From positions 1-64,000 of the IMG/VR virus record IMGVR_UViG_3300005613_000019: a stretch of 64,000 bases of DNA, one strand, 5' to 3'. The notes under the pieces are model-generated. The model did not search any database, had not been told where the DNA came from, and saw nothing but the letters and a program-made list of their open reading frames with translations. Made by a program: the position numbers and the translations under genes. The stretch is from a virus. This document shows, one piece after another, positions 22,204-32,082 of this stretch (position 1 is its first letter; every line of letters starts with the position of its first letter).

Positions 22204-22817
22204 TAGTCACCGTCTACATATATTTTAGGCTTTTTAGAACGCTTAATATTTTCGTCATAGTCTTTTAAAACCTCAGCAGGATCTTCAGTCTTAGGCTTAT
22301 CAACAATCTCAACTAACGAATTTAAGGCCAATCTAGTTCCCTCACTATTCCAAATACGCTTCTTCCTAGCTTCATCAGGATCGTCAAAAACAATATCATC
22401 GTCGTCGGCCATAAAAGCATCAAGCTCCTCTGGAGTCATGTGTTTAACTTCACCAGCCTCCTCTAACTCATCATACTCATCTTGAGAATACATAGCCTTC
22501 TGCCTATCCAAAACCTCCTTAATTATCTCCTCCCTACCTACAAACATAGTTAAAGGTAGAATTTCTTCGTCTTTAGGACGCCTATAACGAACAATTGGAT
22601 CTCCAAGAGAATCTACACCAATTTGTTCTTCAATAGGTAAAAGATTTAAACCCAGCATTGATATAAAACTCTTACGAATTATGTCACCAATAGCTGTATA
22701 CTCTTCAAACTTCGTTTCCTCCCTATGATAAAGACTTTCTAATTCAAACAACCATTGAGTTGAATTCATTTCTTTAACACTAGGATCAGATATTAGAATA
22801 TCCTTCCTAGAAAGCAC
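22203..22817 (-). CDS. tail assembly chaperone, frameshift extension (gpT-like)
   Basis: The frame is open upstream as far as the slippery site at 22916-22922; no clear SD before the GTG. Confidence 0.7.
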   Translation of the reverse strand: MLSRKDILISDPSVKEMNSTQWLFELESLYHREETKFEEYTAIGDIIRKSFISMLGLNLLPIEEQIGVDSLGDPIVRYRRPKDEEILPLTMFVGREEIIKEVLDRQKAMYSQDEYDELEEAGEVKHMTPEELDAFMADDDDIVFDDPDEARKKRIWNSEGTRLALNSLVEIVDKPKTEDPAEVLKDYDENIKRSKKPKIYVDGD

Positions 22818-22873
22818 TTCAGCTTTTATTCTAATCTGCGCTACTACGTTTCTCCATCCTGGGAAACTTCGGT

Positions 22874-23356
22874 CTAGCTCGTCTTCTCTTCCGACTCCAA
22901 AGTTTCCTCTGACGAGTTTTTTAGTTCACCTTGAGCCATGCTTTGCCTAGTTTCAAGCTCCCTCCATTTAGAGTGAAGATCGTCAATATAATCAGTAGTA
23001 AACTCATTAAGAAACTCAAGCATCATATTAGCGTAAAATTCCTTTTCATTGTTATTACTAATTTTCATAAGTTCAAGTAAATCTTCCTTTGATCTACTCT
23101 CAACCGCCTCTTTAAATAATTCCTCAGGTGTTGCTCCGTCAATAGACCTAATACCTATTGCTAATTGAGCCCTACGTACATTAAACGCCAGACCAAGCTC
23201 TGTCTGATAATGAGACTTATTATAAGACCATCCAGCCTCATGATCATTTAACAGCCTCATACGATAGGTTCTACCTCGTACAATAAAATCATCTTCCAAA
23301 AAAGAAGACTCTAACTCTGTATGAATATCTCTTAAAATTTGCGCTGCACTAGACAT
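22874..23356 (-). CDS. tail assembly chaperone (gpG-like)
   Basis: Lies between tube and tape measure genes; contains CTA AAA AAC near its 3' end; SD GGAGG. Confidence 0.75.
   Translation of the reverse strand: MSSAAQILRDIHTELESSFLEDDFIVRGRTYRMRLLNDHEAGWSYNKSHYQTELGLAFNVRRAQLAIGIRSIDGATPEELFKEAVESRSKEDLLELMKISNNNEKEFYANMMLEFLNEFTTDYIDDLHSKWRELETRQSMAQGELKNSSEETLESEEKTS
22916..22922 (-). other. programmed -1 ribosomal frameshift site A AAA AAC
   Basis: A -1 shift reads K-K-L-V-R-G-N-F-G...A-E-V-L-S-R-K-D without a stop, in frame with 22203..22817. Confidence 0.85.
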
Positions 23357-23466
23357 AGCATTTACCTCCTGCTACTCACCAAAAAAATACACGTTAATTG
23401 GGTTATGTTTTTATCACTCCCACCTTAGCGGGGTTACCATAATAATATACTCGAAAAGACTAAATA

Positions 23467-24057
23467 TTAACCAAACACATTTTTGACAATACCATTAACA
23501 GTATCCTCAATACGTGATTGTATTTCTCCAACTTTATACTTTCGTACATAAGTTAAGGTAGCATTCGCTCTGGTGATTCTATCACCTTGAGCCGAATGCG
23601 ATCTTCCTAACGAATTAAACCAACAACCTGTGTAGGTATAGATTTCTATAGATCCGTCAGGATTATCCCATCTTTCGTTTATAGAAAATGGATTACTTTG
23701 ATCAGTCAACATAACTATATCGAAGTTAGGCCCCCAACAATTTTCCATTTTCTTAGTGTATAAATCAACTCTATCTATACCGATAGTAAGTCCTGACAAA
23801 GCTCCAGGACTGTTTTCACAAACAAGTCCTGGAGCTGCTGCATTAATTTCATAGACATGTTCTACAGAACGGCTTTGCTGAGGATTCCAACCTTGAATAT
23901 AGCCTATTGTTTGCCCTTGAATTCTAATGGATAAAGCATGGTCTGTTCTAATAGAAGTTTGAGGTGCTAATGTACCTCTAGTAGTTCTAGCCTCTGGATC
24001 AGATCTAGTATCATTCTTACTAAATAAATCATTTACAAAATTAAAATCTGAAGGCAA
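23467..24057 (-). CDS. tail tube protein paralogue 2
   Basis: Shares 'DHAL', 'YTGCWF.SLGR.HSAQGDRIT' and 'MLTDQ..PF' with the adjacent tube gene; TTG start. Confidence 0.8.
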   Translation of the reverse strand: MPSDFNFVNDLFSKNDTRSDPEARTTRGTLAPQTSIRTDHALSIRIQGQTIGYIQGWNPQQSRSVEHVYEINAAAPGLVCENSPGALSGLTIGIDRVDLYTKKMENCWGPNFDIVMLTDQSNPFSINERWDNPDGSIEIYTYTGCWFNSLGRSHSAQGDRITRANATLTYVRKYKVGEIQSRIEDTVNGIVKNVFG

Positions 24058-24073
24058 AATAACTACTCCTCAA

Positions 24074-24553
24074 TTACGGAATGTTAATCTTATTAGCATA
24101 GACCAAAGAAGCATTAACTTTAGTAATACGGTCACCCTGGGCAGAGTGCGTTCGACCCAACGATGTAAACCAGCATCCAGTATATTGCCATCTTTCAATA
24201 ACAGTAGTTCCCTCTACCTTATTAGTAAGAGTTTGCCACTTTTCAGTAACCGTAAAGGGCTTAAATTGATCAGTAAGCATATCTATATAAAAACCTGGAC
24301 CCCAAATAGTCTCCATTCTCTCTAAATAAAGATCATAGCGATTAACACTAATATTTAAACCGCCGATATTTCCTGGAACATTCTCAACGACGTTACCAGA
24401 TCTAACACCATCACGGGTAGGACCAATTTGAAATACAGGAGTAACGGTCAAACTCTGTTGAGGGGTCCACTCCTGAATGTGACCTATAATAACACCTTCA
24501 CACTGAATAGTCAGTGCATGGTCAGACCTGGTTGAAGTATAAGGTACTGTCAT
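24074..24553 (-). CDS. tail tube protein 1
   Basis: Immediately after the sheath; 159 aa with the gp19-like 'W.Y.GCWF' motif. Confidence 0.85.
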   Translation of the reverse strand: MTVPYTSTRSDHALTIQCEGVIIGHIQEWTPQQSLTVTPVFQIGPTRDGVRSGNVVENVPGNIGGLNISVNRYDLYLERMETIWGPGFYIDMLTDQFKPFTVTEKWQTLTNKVEGTTVIERWQYTGCWFTSLGRTHSAQGDRITKVNASLVYANKINIP

Positions 24554-24572
24554 CGTTAGCTCTCCTTACCTA

Positions 24573-27314
24573 TTAAACTGTGAAAAAAGGATTATCTACG
24601 GAATACTCACCGTAGAACCTCTTAGCTACATACTTAAGATTAAACCAATATTTAAACGTAAACGTTCTTGGATCTGTAGAATCCTGAGCTACTTGAATAT
24701 CTGTCGTAAAATCTAACTCTCTAACAGATCCATCAGAATTACGATAAGGACCTATAGACCCTGCATTAATTTGAGCCTTAATAGCAAGCGCAATCCACGA
24801 CTTAATATCCGTTATAAAATCAGAAAGGTCATCAGGAACAATACCGACAACATTTTGCTCTAAAACAGTCTCAATAGACCTTGTAACGGCATCCTTCTGA
24901 GCACTCGAACTAGGTTCTTCAAACTGAACAACCCCACCAGACTCAGTTGTAAGCGGGTCTGTAAGCACAATATTACCAGCCTTAAGAGTATTAACATTAA
25001 CACCATTGTCAGCTAACACATGCCTCTCAGATGTAAGATAGGTTGTAAAGGTACTATCAGTTAAAAATCCTGTAACATATTTATTCAATAAAGCATCTGC
25101 TGGACTAGCTAAAGAACAAAATTTAGCAGCATCAGCTGTAGCCAAATAATTACCATCAAGTGTAACAGTAATCTCAGAACCATCTTCTAAAGTAATAGTT
25201 CTAGAACAGTTACTTGGAGCACATAAGATTAAACGACCACGAGCTGGAGAATTAACACCCGGTTGCAAAGTCTGAGTAGAGGCATACACAAAGGTATCAG
25301 GTGTATCAGGATCTCCTACAACAGTATCACGAGGCATTCCGAACCAACCTCGCCTATATTTTTTCTCGGTAAGAGAAGACATATTAGCTACATGATTCAT
25401 AAGCTTAGTCTGAGTAGATGTAATATCACCAGAAACTGACGACAACACTACTACATCAGTGATAGAAGAAGAATTCTCACACCCATCCACGGCTGAATTA
25501 ATTTGAGTCTGAGTTGGAGTGCCAGCAACACTGCTATCATTAACCTGACAAACTATAAGAGAAGAAACTCCATTCTCAAAAGCGATTTCAGCCCCAATAG
25601 CAAGCTCATTAAGAGAATAATTATAAACAGTCAATGGAGAAGTATATTCATACAACTGATCTAAGTTATAAACACGAGTAGGATTCTCATAATCAGCAGT
25701 AGGTCTAGTATAATCATAAGTACAATAATAAGCAGAACCGTATGAAGGTCTAGATCCAGTTCCTAAATACGAGTAACTAACTACACCAGTAGGAAACGTT
25801 AATGAAGAAAACATATCTGTAATATAAGTATCAGTAGTAGAATAAAGAACAATCTCAGTGTCAGCACCTGTTTCAACAGGTTTATTAGCAAAATCCTTAG
25901 GCGCAGTAAATGTCATCACATCTTCCCAAGTACCGGTACCATCATCTGCTACCCAAGTATCTACAATATCAAAAGTAGTAGCAGTAACAGCTGAAGCTGT
26001 AAAATTACCATTATAATTAGTTGTTCCAGTAATTGTAACAGCATCACCATCAGAAAGAGTATGACCTACTGAAGTAACTATAACATGCGCAGCATCACCC
26101 CTATCAGCAAATGCGCTAATTGAACCAGTATTATAAGTAGCTACGTGACCATAGTAAGGACCATACCCAGCAGCAATAGCCGTAGCGTTAGTAGCTAAAA
26201 ACGTATTTATCTCAAGAGCAACTTCAGCAGCAGTAGGTGTAGCATCAGGAGACAACGTAATAGTTACCGGATCATTACCATTTATAGAAAGCTTAACCTC
26301 GTCATTAGTCCCAGCAACAATAGCTGACCACAATCCAGGCGTATCACTAGACACGGAAGACTGAACAGAAGTACCTGATATATACCAATCAATAGTATTT
26401 CCAGTCTCCTCAAAGTCAGTATCCTCCAAATAATTATAAGCACCAGGAGTAGACCCAACCCTTACAATATCAGAAAGAGGATTGGTAGCATCAGCATTCT
26501 CTAACGCATCTGTACTAGTATCAACTGTACCATAATCAATAGTAAAGGTATCACTAGAAGAATAAGACGTAGCAGCAATAGTAAGGATAGAAGATGCTTG
26601 AACACCAGTATCTACAACAGGAGCCCATGCGGCATTACTTATAGTAGACGCACCATCTAAAGAAGAATCATAAGACAAGATAACCTTAATATCAGATGCA
26701 GAAGTCGTTAAAGGTGAAGTCAAAGTAATAATAGGATTAGCAATACCTGTAGCTGAAGAAGCAAATGAAGAATAGCTAGCGCCATAATCCGAATAATAAG
26801 TTCCTGAAGCATTGCTAAGCTCGTAATTAATCCATGCTGCAACTTCTGCACCTGTTGCAGCATTGGCAGCAGTAATAACACCAGCAACTTGGCCAGCTTG
26901 AAAATCAATTACTACAGCCTCTTTACCATCTGCAGAAAAACTAAATAAAGACGTACCAGTAGCAGTAGAAACATCAACAGTTGCACCACCCCACTCAGTA
27001 CCAGTCAAAGACGCTGCATTAAAACTCCACTCACCTAAAGCTAAAGCGTTTCCATTCCTATAAACTATAGCATTATTTCTATTTCGATCAGACGTATTAG
27101 TTAATGTAGCAATATGAGGCGTACCGGAAGCTACCGTCAAAGTCTCAGCACTGACCTTACCCCTAATAATAGCCTCATCCGTAGTACGCCTAGTCCTTGG
27201 TGCAGTTCCTACCAAACACAGCACCCTATCAGAACTCACTGATACGGAGCTAGGCTGAATTCTCTCCTGAATATAAACTCCAGGATCTGTATAACCAGAT
27301 ATGTTTAAGGTCAT
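24573..27314 (-). CDS. contractile tail sheath protein with inserted surface domains
   Basis: N-terminal 'YTDPGVYIQE...CLVG'; C-terminal 'LADNGVN', 'DPLTT', 'DPRTFTFKYWF'. Confidence 0.9.
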   Translation of the reverse strand: MTLNISGYTDPGVYIQERIQPSSVSVSSDRVLCLVGTAPRTRRTTDEAIIRGKVSAETLTVASGTPHIATLTNTSDRNRNNAIVYRNGNALALGEWSFNAASLTGTEWGGATVDVSTATGTSLFSFSADGKEAVVIDFQAGQVAGVITAANAATGAEVAAWINYELSNASGTYYSDYGASYSSFASSATGIANPIITLTSPLTTSASDIKVILSYDSSLDGASTISNAAWAPVVDTGVQASSILTIAATSYSSSDTFTIDYGTVDTSTDALENADATNPLSDIVRVGSTPGAYNYLEDTDFEETGNTIDWYISGTSVQSSVSSDTPGLWSAIVAGTNDEVKLSINGNDPVTITLSPDATPTAAEVALEINTFLATNATAIAAGYGPYYGHVATYNTGSISAFADRGDAAHVIVTSVGHTLSDGDAVTITGTTNYNGNFTASAVTATTFDIVDTWVADDGTGTWEDVMTFTAPKDFANKPVETGADTEIVLYSTTDTYITDMFSSLTFPTGVVSYSYLGTGSRPSYGSAYYCTYDYTRPTADYENPTRVYNLDQLYEYTSPLTVYNYSLNELAIGAEIAFENGVSSLIVCQVNDSSVAGTPTQTQINSAVDGCENSSSITDVVVLSSVSGDITSTQTKLMNHVANMSSLTEKKYRRGWFGMPRDTVVGDPDTPDTFVYASTQTLQPGVNSPARGRLILCAPSNCSRTITLEDGSEITVTLDGNYLATADAAKFCSLASPADALLNKYVTGFLTDSTFTTYLTSERHVLADNGVNVNTLKAGNIVLTDPLTTESGGVVQFEEPSSSAQKDAVTRSIETVLEQNVVGIVPDDLSDFITDIKSWIALAIKAQINAGSIGPYRNSDGSVRELDFTTDIQVAQDSTDPRTFTFKYWFNLKYVAKRFYGEYSVDNPFFTV

Positions 27315-27364
27315 TTATCTTCTCCTTGTTAACTTTATAACTTAGATCAATACCCTATTTAGAT

Positions 27365-27386
27365 ATTATATCTTATTGTTAGTTGG
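27365..27386 (-). promoter_or_regulatory. candidate late promoter CCAACT-N10-TATAAT
   Basis: One of six same-spacing copies of the motif (see findings). Confidence 0.6.
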
Positions 27387-27410
27387 GATATTAAAGTATA
27401 AAATATTAAA

Positions 27411-28616
27411 CTATTTTTTGTAATTTATGCCTTGAAAATAATCCCCATCAGGCGAAGTCACGCTAGAAGACCCAGGATACCCAGGGTCTGATCCTCCATA
27501 TTCTGAATTTATAGTTCTAGACGCATTATCAAGAAAAGCAGGAGCAGTAACAGATTTATCTATAAAGTCTTCAACAAATATAGGTATACTTCCACGTATG
27601 GCATAAATCTGGTCATACTGCTCACCACCCTGTCTAGGTTTAGTAATTTCAGTAGACCACGCAAACTGATTCTTCAAAATGATGTGAAACCACTCTTCAG
27701 GATCTAAGCCCCTCTCAAAATAGCTTCTACCAAAGAATTGAAACCTTCTTTTTTCCATATAATATGAAAAAAATGAATAAACAAGGTCTGACAACTCGGT
27801 ACGAGTTGTCAGACTATCCGTAATAACATCTAAATTAATTACCATATCAGCACTACTAATGTACCTCCTTCGTGGTACATTAGTAGTGCTCAAATACGTA
27901 TCAGAATCACCTACAGTAAATCCAAACGCTGTTAAAAGACTAGAAGTTCCTCCAGTAATCTCTATATACTTTGACAAAGTATTCGCTGAAGCCACTCCAC
28001 CGGACATTATTCTAATAGCCCCATCAGAAGTATAACTCCAAGTCGAGTATAAAGCTTGACTCATATTTATATAGTTACACACTTCTGCGGCAGTGACGCT
28101 TGTAGCGTCACTGAACGCCCCTGAAGGAAAAGCGATAGTGCTCGATAGAGCACTATCTTCCGTGCCTCCAGGCCATGTTGTAAACTCTATATACCAAGGA
28201 TCATCAGACCCATGATCTAAATTGAAATTCTCATACTTAGTTCCAACTACTGAAGGAGCATATTGAACTACAGAAACTATATTTGATCCAATACCCATAG
28301 TCCTCTGCTTCACGTTAGCTGAAGTAATAGAAACCATAGGAAACTTATCAGGAGTATCTGCATAAGCTAAAATCGTATTAACTACAGTTTGCAAAGAGTT
28401 CTCCCCTGTAGACGCTCCTAACGCATATTTTTCAATATTAGGTACAGAAGTTATCTTTTCGCTAGCATCAGAAGTTTTATAACTAAAGTATTGATTCAAC
28501 TCAACTAAAAAAGCAGATTTAGCCGTCTCTACTAATTGACCAAATCTAGGAGGATCATCGGACGAGTAAGGAGGTGTTGATACGTACTTCCTATTATCAT
28601 AATTTTCAGCTACCAT
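27411..28616 (-). CDS. tail terminator/tail completion protein (gp15-like) with inserted domain
   Basis: Motifs 'PDKFPMVSIT' and 'DMVINLDVITDS...RTELSDLV'; position just before the sheath. Confidence 0.6.
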   Translation of the reverse strand: MVAENYDNRKYVSTPPYSSDDPPRFGQLVETAKSAFLVELNQYFSYKTSDASEKITSVPNIEKYALGASTGENSLQTVVNTILAYADTPDKFPMVSITSANVKQRTMGIGSNIVSVVQYAPSVVGTKYENFNLDHGSDDPWYIEFTTWPGGTEDSALSSTIAFPSGAFSDATSVTAAEVCNYINMSQALYSTWSYTSDGAIRIMSGGVASANTLSKYIEITGGTSSLLTAFGFTVGDSDTYLSTTNVPRRRYISSADMVINLDVITDSLTTRTELSDLVYSFFSYYMEKRRFQFFGRSYFERGLDPEEWFHIILKNQFAWSTEITKPRQGGEQYDQIYAIRGSIPIFVEDFIDKSVTAPAFLDNASRTINSEYGGSDPGYPGSSSVTSPDGDYFQGINYKK

Positions 28617-28629
28617 TTATATATTACCT

Positions 28630-28983
28630 TTACTCAATCTCATATTTTATGTACCACTCAACAAATGCAGGATCACTCTTAAACACTCTAACTGGTACTT
28701 CATCTAAACCATAAACTTTAGCCGCCATATATCTATGATGCCCGTTTAATATAACGTAGCTATCGACATCTTCATCAAAGGTTACCGAAATTGGAGGAAG
28801 ACCGTCAGGCCAACCTCTACTTCTATTAAAATCCCATAACAGTGAGTCTATTTGTTCCTCAGATTGGTCATACTCAGTTGGCTGTAACTCATACGTTTTT
28901 AAATAATCTAAATAATAAGCATCCCCAGACTCAGACTCCATTGCAATCTTATTAAAATCTAAATCAAATATAGTTAACTTCAT
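28630..28983 (-). CDS. stand-alone ParB/sulfiredoxin N-terminal domain protein
   Basis: 'LPPISV...YVILNGHHRYMAAKVYGLDEVPVRV' is the ParB-like signature. Confidence 0.85.
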   Translation of the reverse strand: MKLTIFDLDFNKIAMESESGDAYYLDYLKTYELQPTEYDQSEEQIDSLLWDFNRSRGWPDGLPPISVTFDEDVDSYVILNGHHRYMAAKVYGLDEVPVRVFKSDPAFVEWYIKYEIE

Positions 28984-28986
28984 ATT

Positions 28987-29868
28987 TTAACCTATGTAAG
29001 GCTTTGGCGGCTCTGGGAGACCTTTTCCTAATTCTGGGGCAGCATTTAATAGATTATTATATGTTGTACCATGATACTGGCCTTCACTATAATCGTCACC
29101 GTATACCAGCTCATACTCATAGTCAAAAGACCCATAGGAAAAATCCTCCATGCTTGGCACCAAAAAACCATCCCACCCATAATCAGAATCAACAACTTTA
29201 GAAATAGGAGTTAAATAATAAACTGCTTTTAGGTTGTTCTCAGGTACGTCTTCAGTATATCTAAACTGCTGGGTAACCTCCATTAAAACATTGTCTGGAA
29301 TCTCCTTAGTTACTAAATAATTCCTAACAAGATTAGAAAAATCAGTTAAATTTAAAAATACAGGAAAAGGATTCTCAAAAAAACTAAAAGTAACTTCACT
29401 TATTGAAGCTCCTGAATCCGACCAATCCACAAAATCACCAGAGTCTAAATAACTATCCTCTATAAACTCCTGACCCGCCTCCTCAATCTCACCGTCAGAC
29501 ATAGAGGTTACATCATATAAGTCAATAAACTGATCTAATTGAGACTTAAGGGTAACCTTAACAAGTTCTTCCGCATCATAATCAGTCTTAGGACTAAATT
29601 CAGACATATCTAATTTTACAACAACTAGATAATCAGTAACATAATGATTACCAGAGTCATCTTCTTCAGTAGACCAACTTAAAACTCTACCTACCGCATA
29701 CGCAGCAGCTACTTCAAAAGTTGAAGCCGTATGAAAACCAGGATACTCTAATATACCCTGATAGGTTTCAGCCTGCGACATTGGAGGGTTTGCTAAAAAT
29801 GGCATAGAAGTCTTGCTCAAAGCTTCTGCTATCTTTTTATAGTTTTTATCGTTTAAAAAGAATTTCAT
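28987..29868 (-). CDS. acidic protein with ADP-ribosyltransferase-like motifs in permuted order
   Basis: 'PGFHTASTFEVAAAYA', 'VVVKLD', 'QFRYTEDVPENNLKAVY', then a C-terminal 'YHGT...N...GL'. Confidence 0.45.
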   Translation of the reverse strand: MKFFLNDKNYKKIAEALSKTSMPFLANPPMSQAETYQGILEYPGFHTASTFEVAAAYAVGRVLSWSTEEDDSGNHYVTDYLVVVKLDMSEFSPKTDYDAEELVKVTLKSQLDQFIDLYDVTSMSDGEIEEAGQEFIEDSYLDSGDFVDWSDSGASISEVTFSFFENPFPVFLNLTDFSNLVRNYLVTKEIPDNVLMEVTQQFRYTEDVPENNLKAVYYLTPISKVVDSDYGWDGFLVPSMEDFSYGSFDYEYELVYGDDYSEGQYHGTTYNNLLNAAPELGKGLPEPPKPYIG

Positions 29869-29875
29869 ATTTATA

Positions 29876-30913
29876 CTACCAAATTAAAGAATAATAACCA
29901 ACTTCATCAGCAACTCGTAATTTAAACGTTTGAATGGTAATCTGATGCCCGCTAGGATCACTCATCTGCCAATCAGTCATTATATACTTTCTATCCCCAG
30001 CTAAAGCACCATCCTTAAATCTAAACGCTATAGAAGGCCCCTCTAATAATTCATCTTTAGTGTTAACCTCATAAGTAGCACTATCAAAAGAAGACAAACC
30101 TACAGTCCAAAAATTCATAGTGTGAGTAGGTAAATCTCCATATTCACTTTTTATATAATTCTGTCTAGGTTTACTATTATTCACATAAATCCACGGACCA
30201 TATACATATTTATCATTTACAAATTCACTTAAAGCTATAGTTGAATATCTAGCTCTCAATATCTCAAATAAAGGCGATAAGGTATCAGTACTATCCCTAA
30301 TTAACGTTACTTTAAATCTTATCGTACCAGATGCTGGATTATCCGTCGATAATCCAGCAATATCAGACCATGTTAAACCAGAATCTAACGAATACTCAAC
30401 AGTTACTGAAGAGTCATTCGCTATCCTTATAAAAGAACTAACGTCATACTCCCACACAGACCCAAAAACAGATCTGTTAAAAGACTTATCACCAGATTCT
30501 ATAATACCCGTTGTTGCAGTACTAGCTAATTGTACTTTAGATGATTTAAAAGTAGTAGTAACCTCAACATCAGTTAAGGTTACGTCTGAATCAGTAGCAG
30601 ACATCCATAAAGTCTCATACCCAAATTTAGTATATCCAGGAACTAAGCCTATCCCGTGACATGAAGCACACTTCCTATCCGCCGATTTATGATGCTCATT
30701 ATAACATGAACACTTATCACCAGACTCTACACCTAACCATAACTCCGTACGTAACCCACCTCCTACAACCTTGTCAAATAATAAGGCTCTCTCTTTTTCA
30801 TATTTTTGAAGCTCAACTATATGTTGATAAATAGATCTCCCCCAATAACCTGTAGACATATTACCTAAGCCCTTGCAACCAGACCTATTAGCCATTATTT
30901 CCTTAATTCCCAT
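29876..30913 (-). CDS. neck/head-closure protein with Cys-rich zinc motif
   Basis: 'KCSC...CASCHGIG...GY' motif of the kind seen in large-myovirus neck proteins; position. Confidence 0.6.
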   Translation of the reverse strand: MGIKEIMANRSGCKGLGNMSTGYWGRSIYQHIVELQKYEKERALLFDKVVGGGLRTELWLGVESGDKCSCYNEHHKSADRKCASCHGIGLVPGYTKFGYETLWMSATDSDVTLTDVEVTTTFKSSKVQLASTATTGIIESGDKSFNRSVFGSVWEYDVSSFIRIANDSSVTVEYSLDSGLTWSDIAGLSTDNPASGTIRFKVTLIRDSTDTLSPLFEILRARYSTIALSEFVNDKYVYGPWIYVNNSKPRQNYIKSEYGDLPTHTMNFWTVGLSSFDSATYEVNTKDELLEGPSIAFRFKDGALAGDRKYIMTDWQMSDPSGHQITIQTFKLRVADEVGYYSLIW

Positions 30914-30936
30914 ATATAAGCCCTCTAATAATTCGT

Positions 30937-31107
30937 CTAAAGTCTACCTAATAATAACTCATAAAATAGTTCATCTAGACTTCTCTTCTCATTAGGATCA
31001 GCTACAAGTTTTAAAAAAGTATTTAAACTTTGAAGATCTAAAAGGTTAGCAAAACGCTTATTGTCAGCGTTTTGAGGATCTTTTAAATCTGGGGTTATAC
31101 GTTTCAT
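30937..31107 (-). CDS. 56-aa hypothetical protein (not in ORF track)
   Basis: MKRITPDLKDPQNADNKRF...LLLGRL*. ATG overlaps the upstream TAA, SD GGAGG precedes it, and it fills the gap. Confidence 0.6.
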   Translation of the reverse strand: MKRITPDLKDPQNADNKRFANLLDLQSLNTFLKLVADPNEKRSLDELFYELLLGRL

Positions 31108-32018
31108 TATAAGTTACCTCCACTTATTGATCCTCTGAATGTAGCCCCGTTTGGTGATGTAGACAACATAACGTACCAACTTAACCCAATACTTAACTGC
31201 GCACCAAGAGTTCCACTTCTAACATATTGTAATTTAAACTCTCTAATATGCTTATCTAGTTCAGAAGCTAACGAATTTCTTAAAGATTGTAATGGAATAT
31301 AATGCGTCTGAACAAAAGATTCTCCCTGAGATGAAAATGAATTAAGATCCTGATCAACTGCAAATAAAAATTGAGAATCTAAACCAAACACTAAAGCAGA
31401 CCTACAAAGTATTTCCCAAGCAGTGTCAACTGGAAAGGTCTCAAGACTGGTCCAAATTACACTAGGCTGTGCAGCACAGATCCTAGCAAGTCCTGCTTGT
31501 AAATATATTACTAATTGAGCATCCGTATAACCTAAATTACAATATTCAAGCTGACTAACAGGTTTAATAGTCTTATCAATTAATAATCTAAATCTAGGTA
31601 GTAAAGATAAGACTTTAGGAGATACAATATCACATACTTGAGTTTTATATACGTCCTCAGAAGTTGAATTTTTCCTTATATGCCAATTAGCAAGCAATAC
31701 ACCAGCAGCATCAGTCTCGCCAGATTCGGTACCAAATGTTATTTGGTACCGACCCGTTGCAGGATGAGTTATTCTGCGATTATCAGGATAAGTAACAGGC
31801 CAATAAGTTTCACTATATAAAACAGACCCTCCAGCATTAGTTATCTCCAGATCCAACTCTCCAGACGCAGAGCCGTCTGCAAGAATTGATTCGTCAATAT
31901 CTTGAGGATTCCCATCATCATCCTGAAACGTTATGCTAATAACCTTTTTACTATTTGTTCTAATAAGTGTAGTGGAATCCAATACAGACGTTGCAGATTC
32001 TCCAGGGGTTATTAACAT
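31107..32018 (-). CDS. head-tail adaptor/neck protein with N-terminal Ig-like domain
   Basis: 'LLPRFRLLID...YTDAQLVIYL...FSSQGES' resembles adaptor proteins; position. Confidence 0.55.
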   Translation of the reverse strand: MLITPGESATSVLDSTTLIRTNSKKVISITFQDDDGNPQDIDESILADGSASGELDLEITNAGGSVLYSETYWPVTYPDNRRITHPATGRYQITFGTESGETDAAGVLLANWHIRKNSTSEDVYKTQVCDIVSPKVLSLLPRFRLLIDKTIKPVSQLEYCNLGYTDAQLVIYLQAGLARICAAQPSVIWTSLETFPVDTAWEILCRSALVFGLDSQFLFAVDQDLNSFSSQGESFVQTHYIPLQSLRNSLASELDKHIREFKLQYVRSGTLGAQLSIGLSWYVMLSTSPNGATFRGSISGGNL

Positions 32019-32082
32019 TTCTTACTCCTCACTATCATAACGATCATATTCTATACTAAACATAAATACAAGTCAGCGCCTA

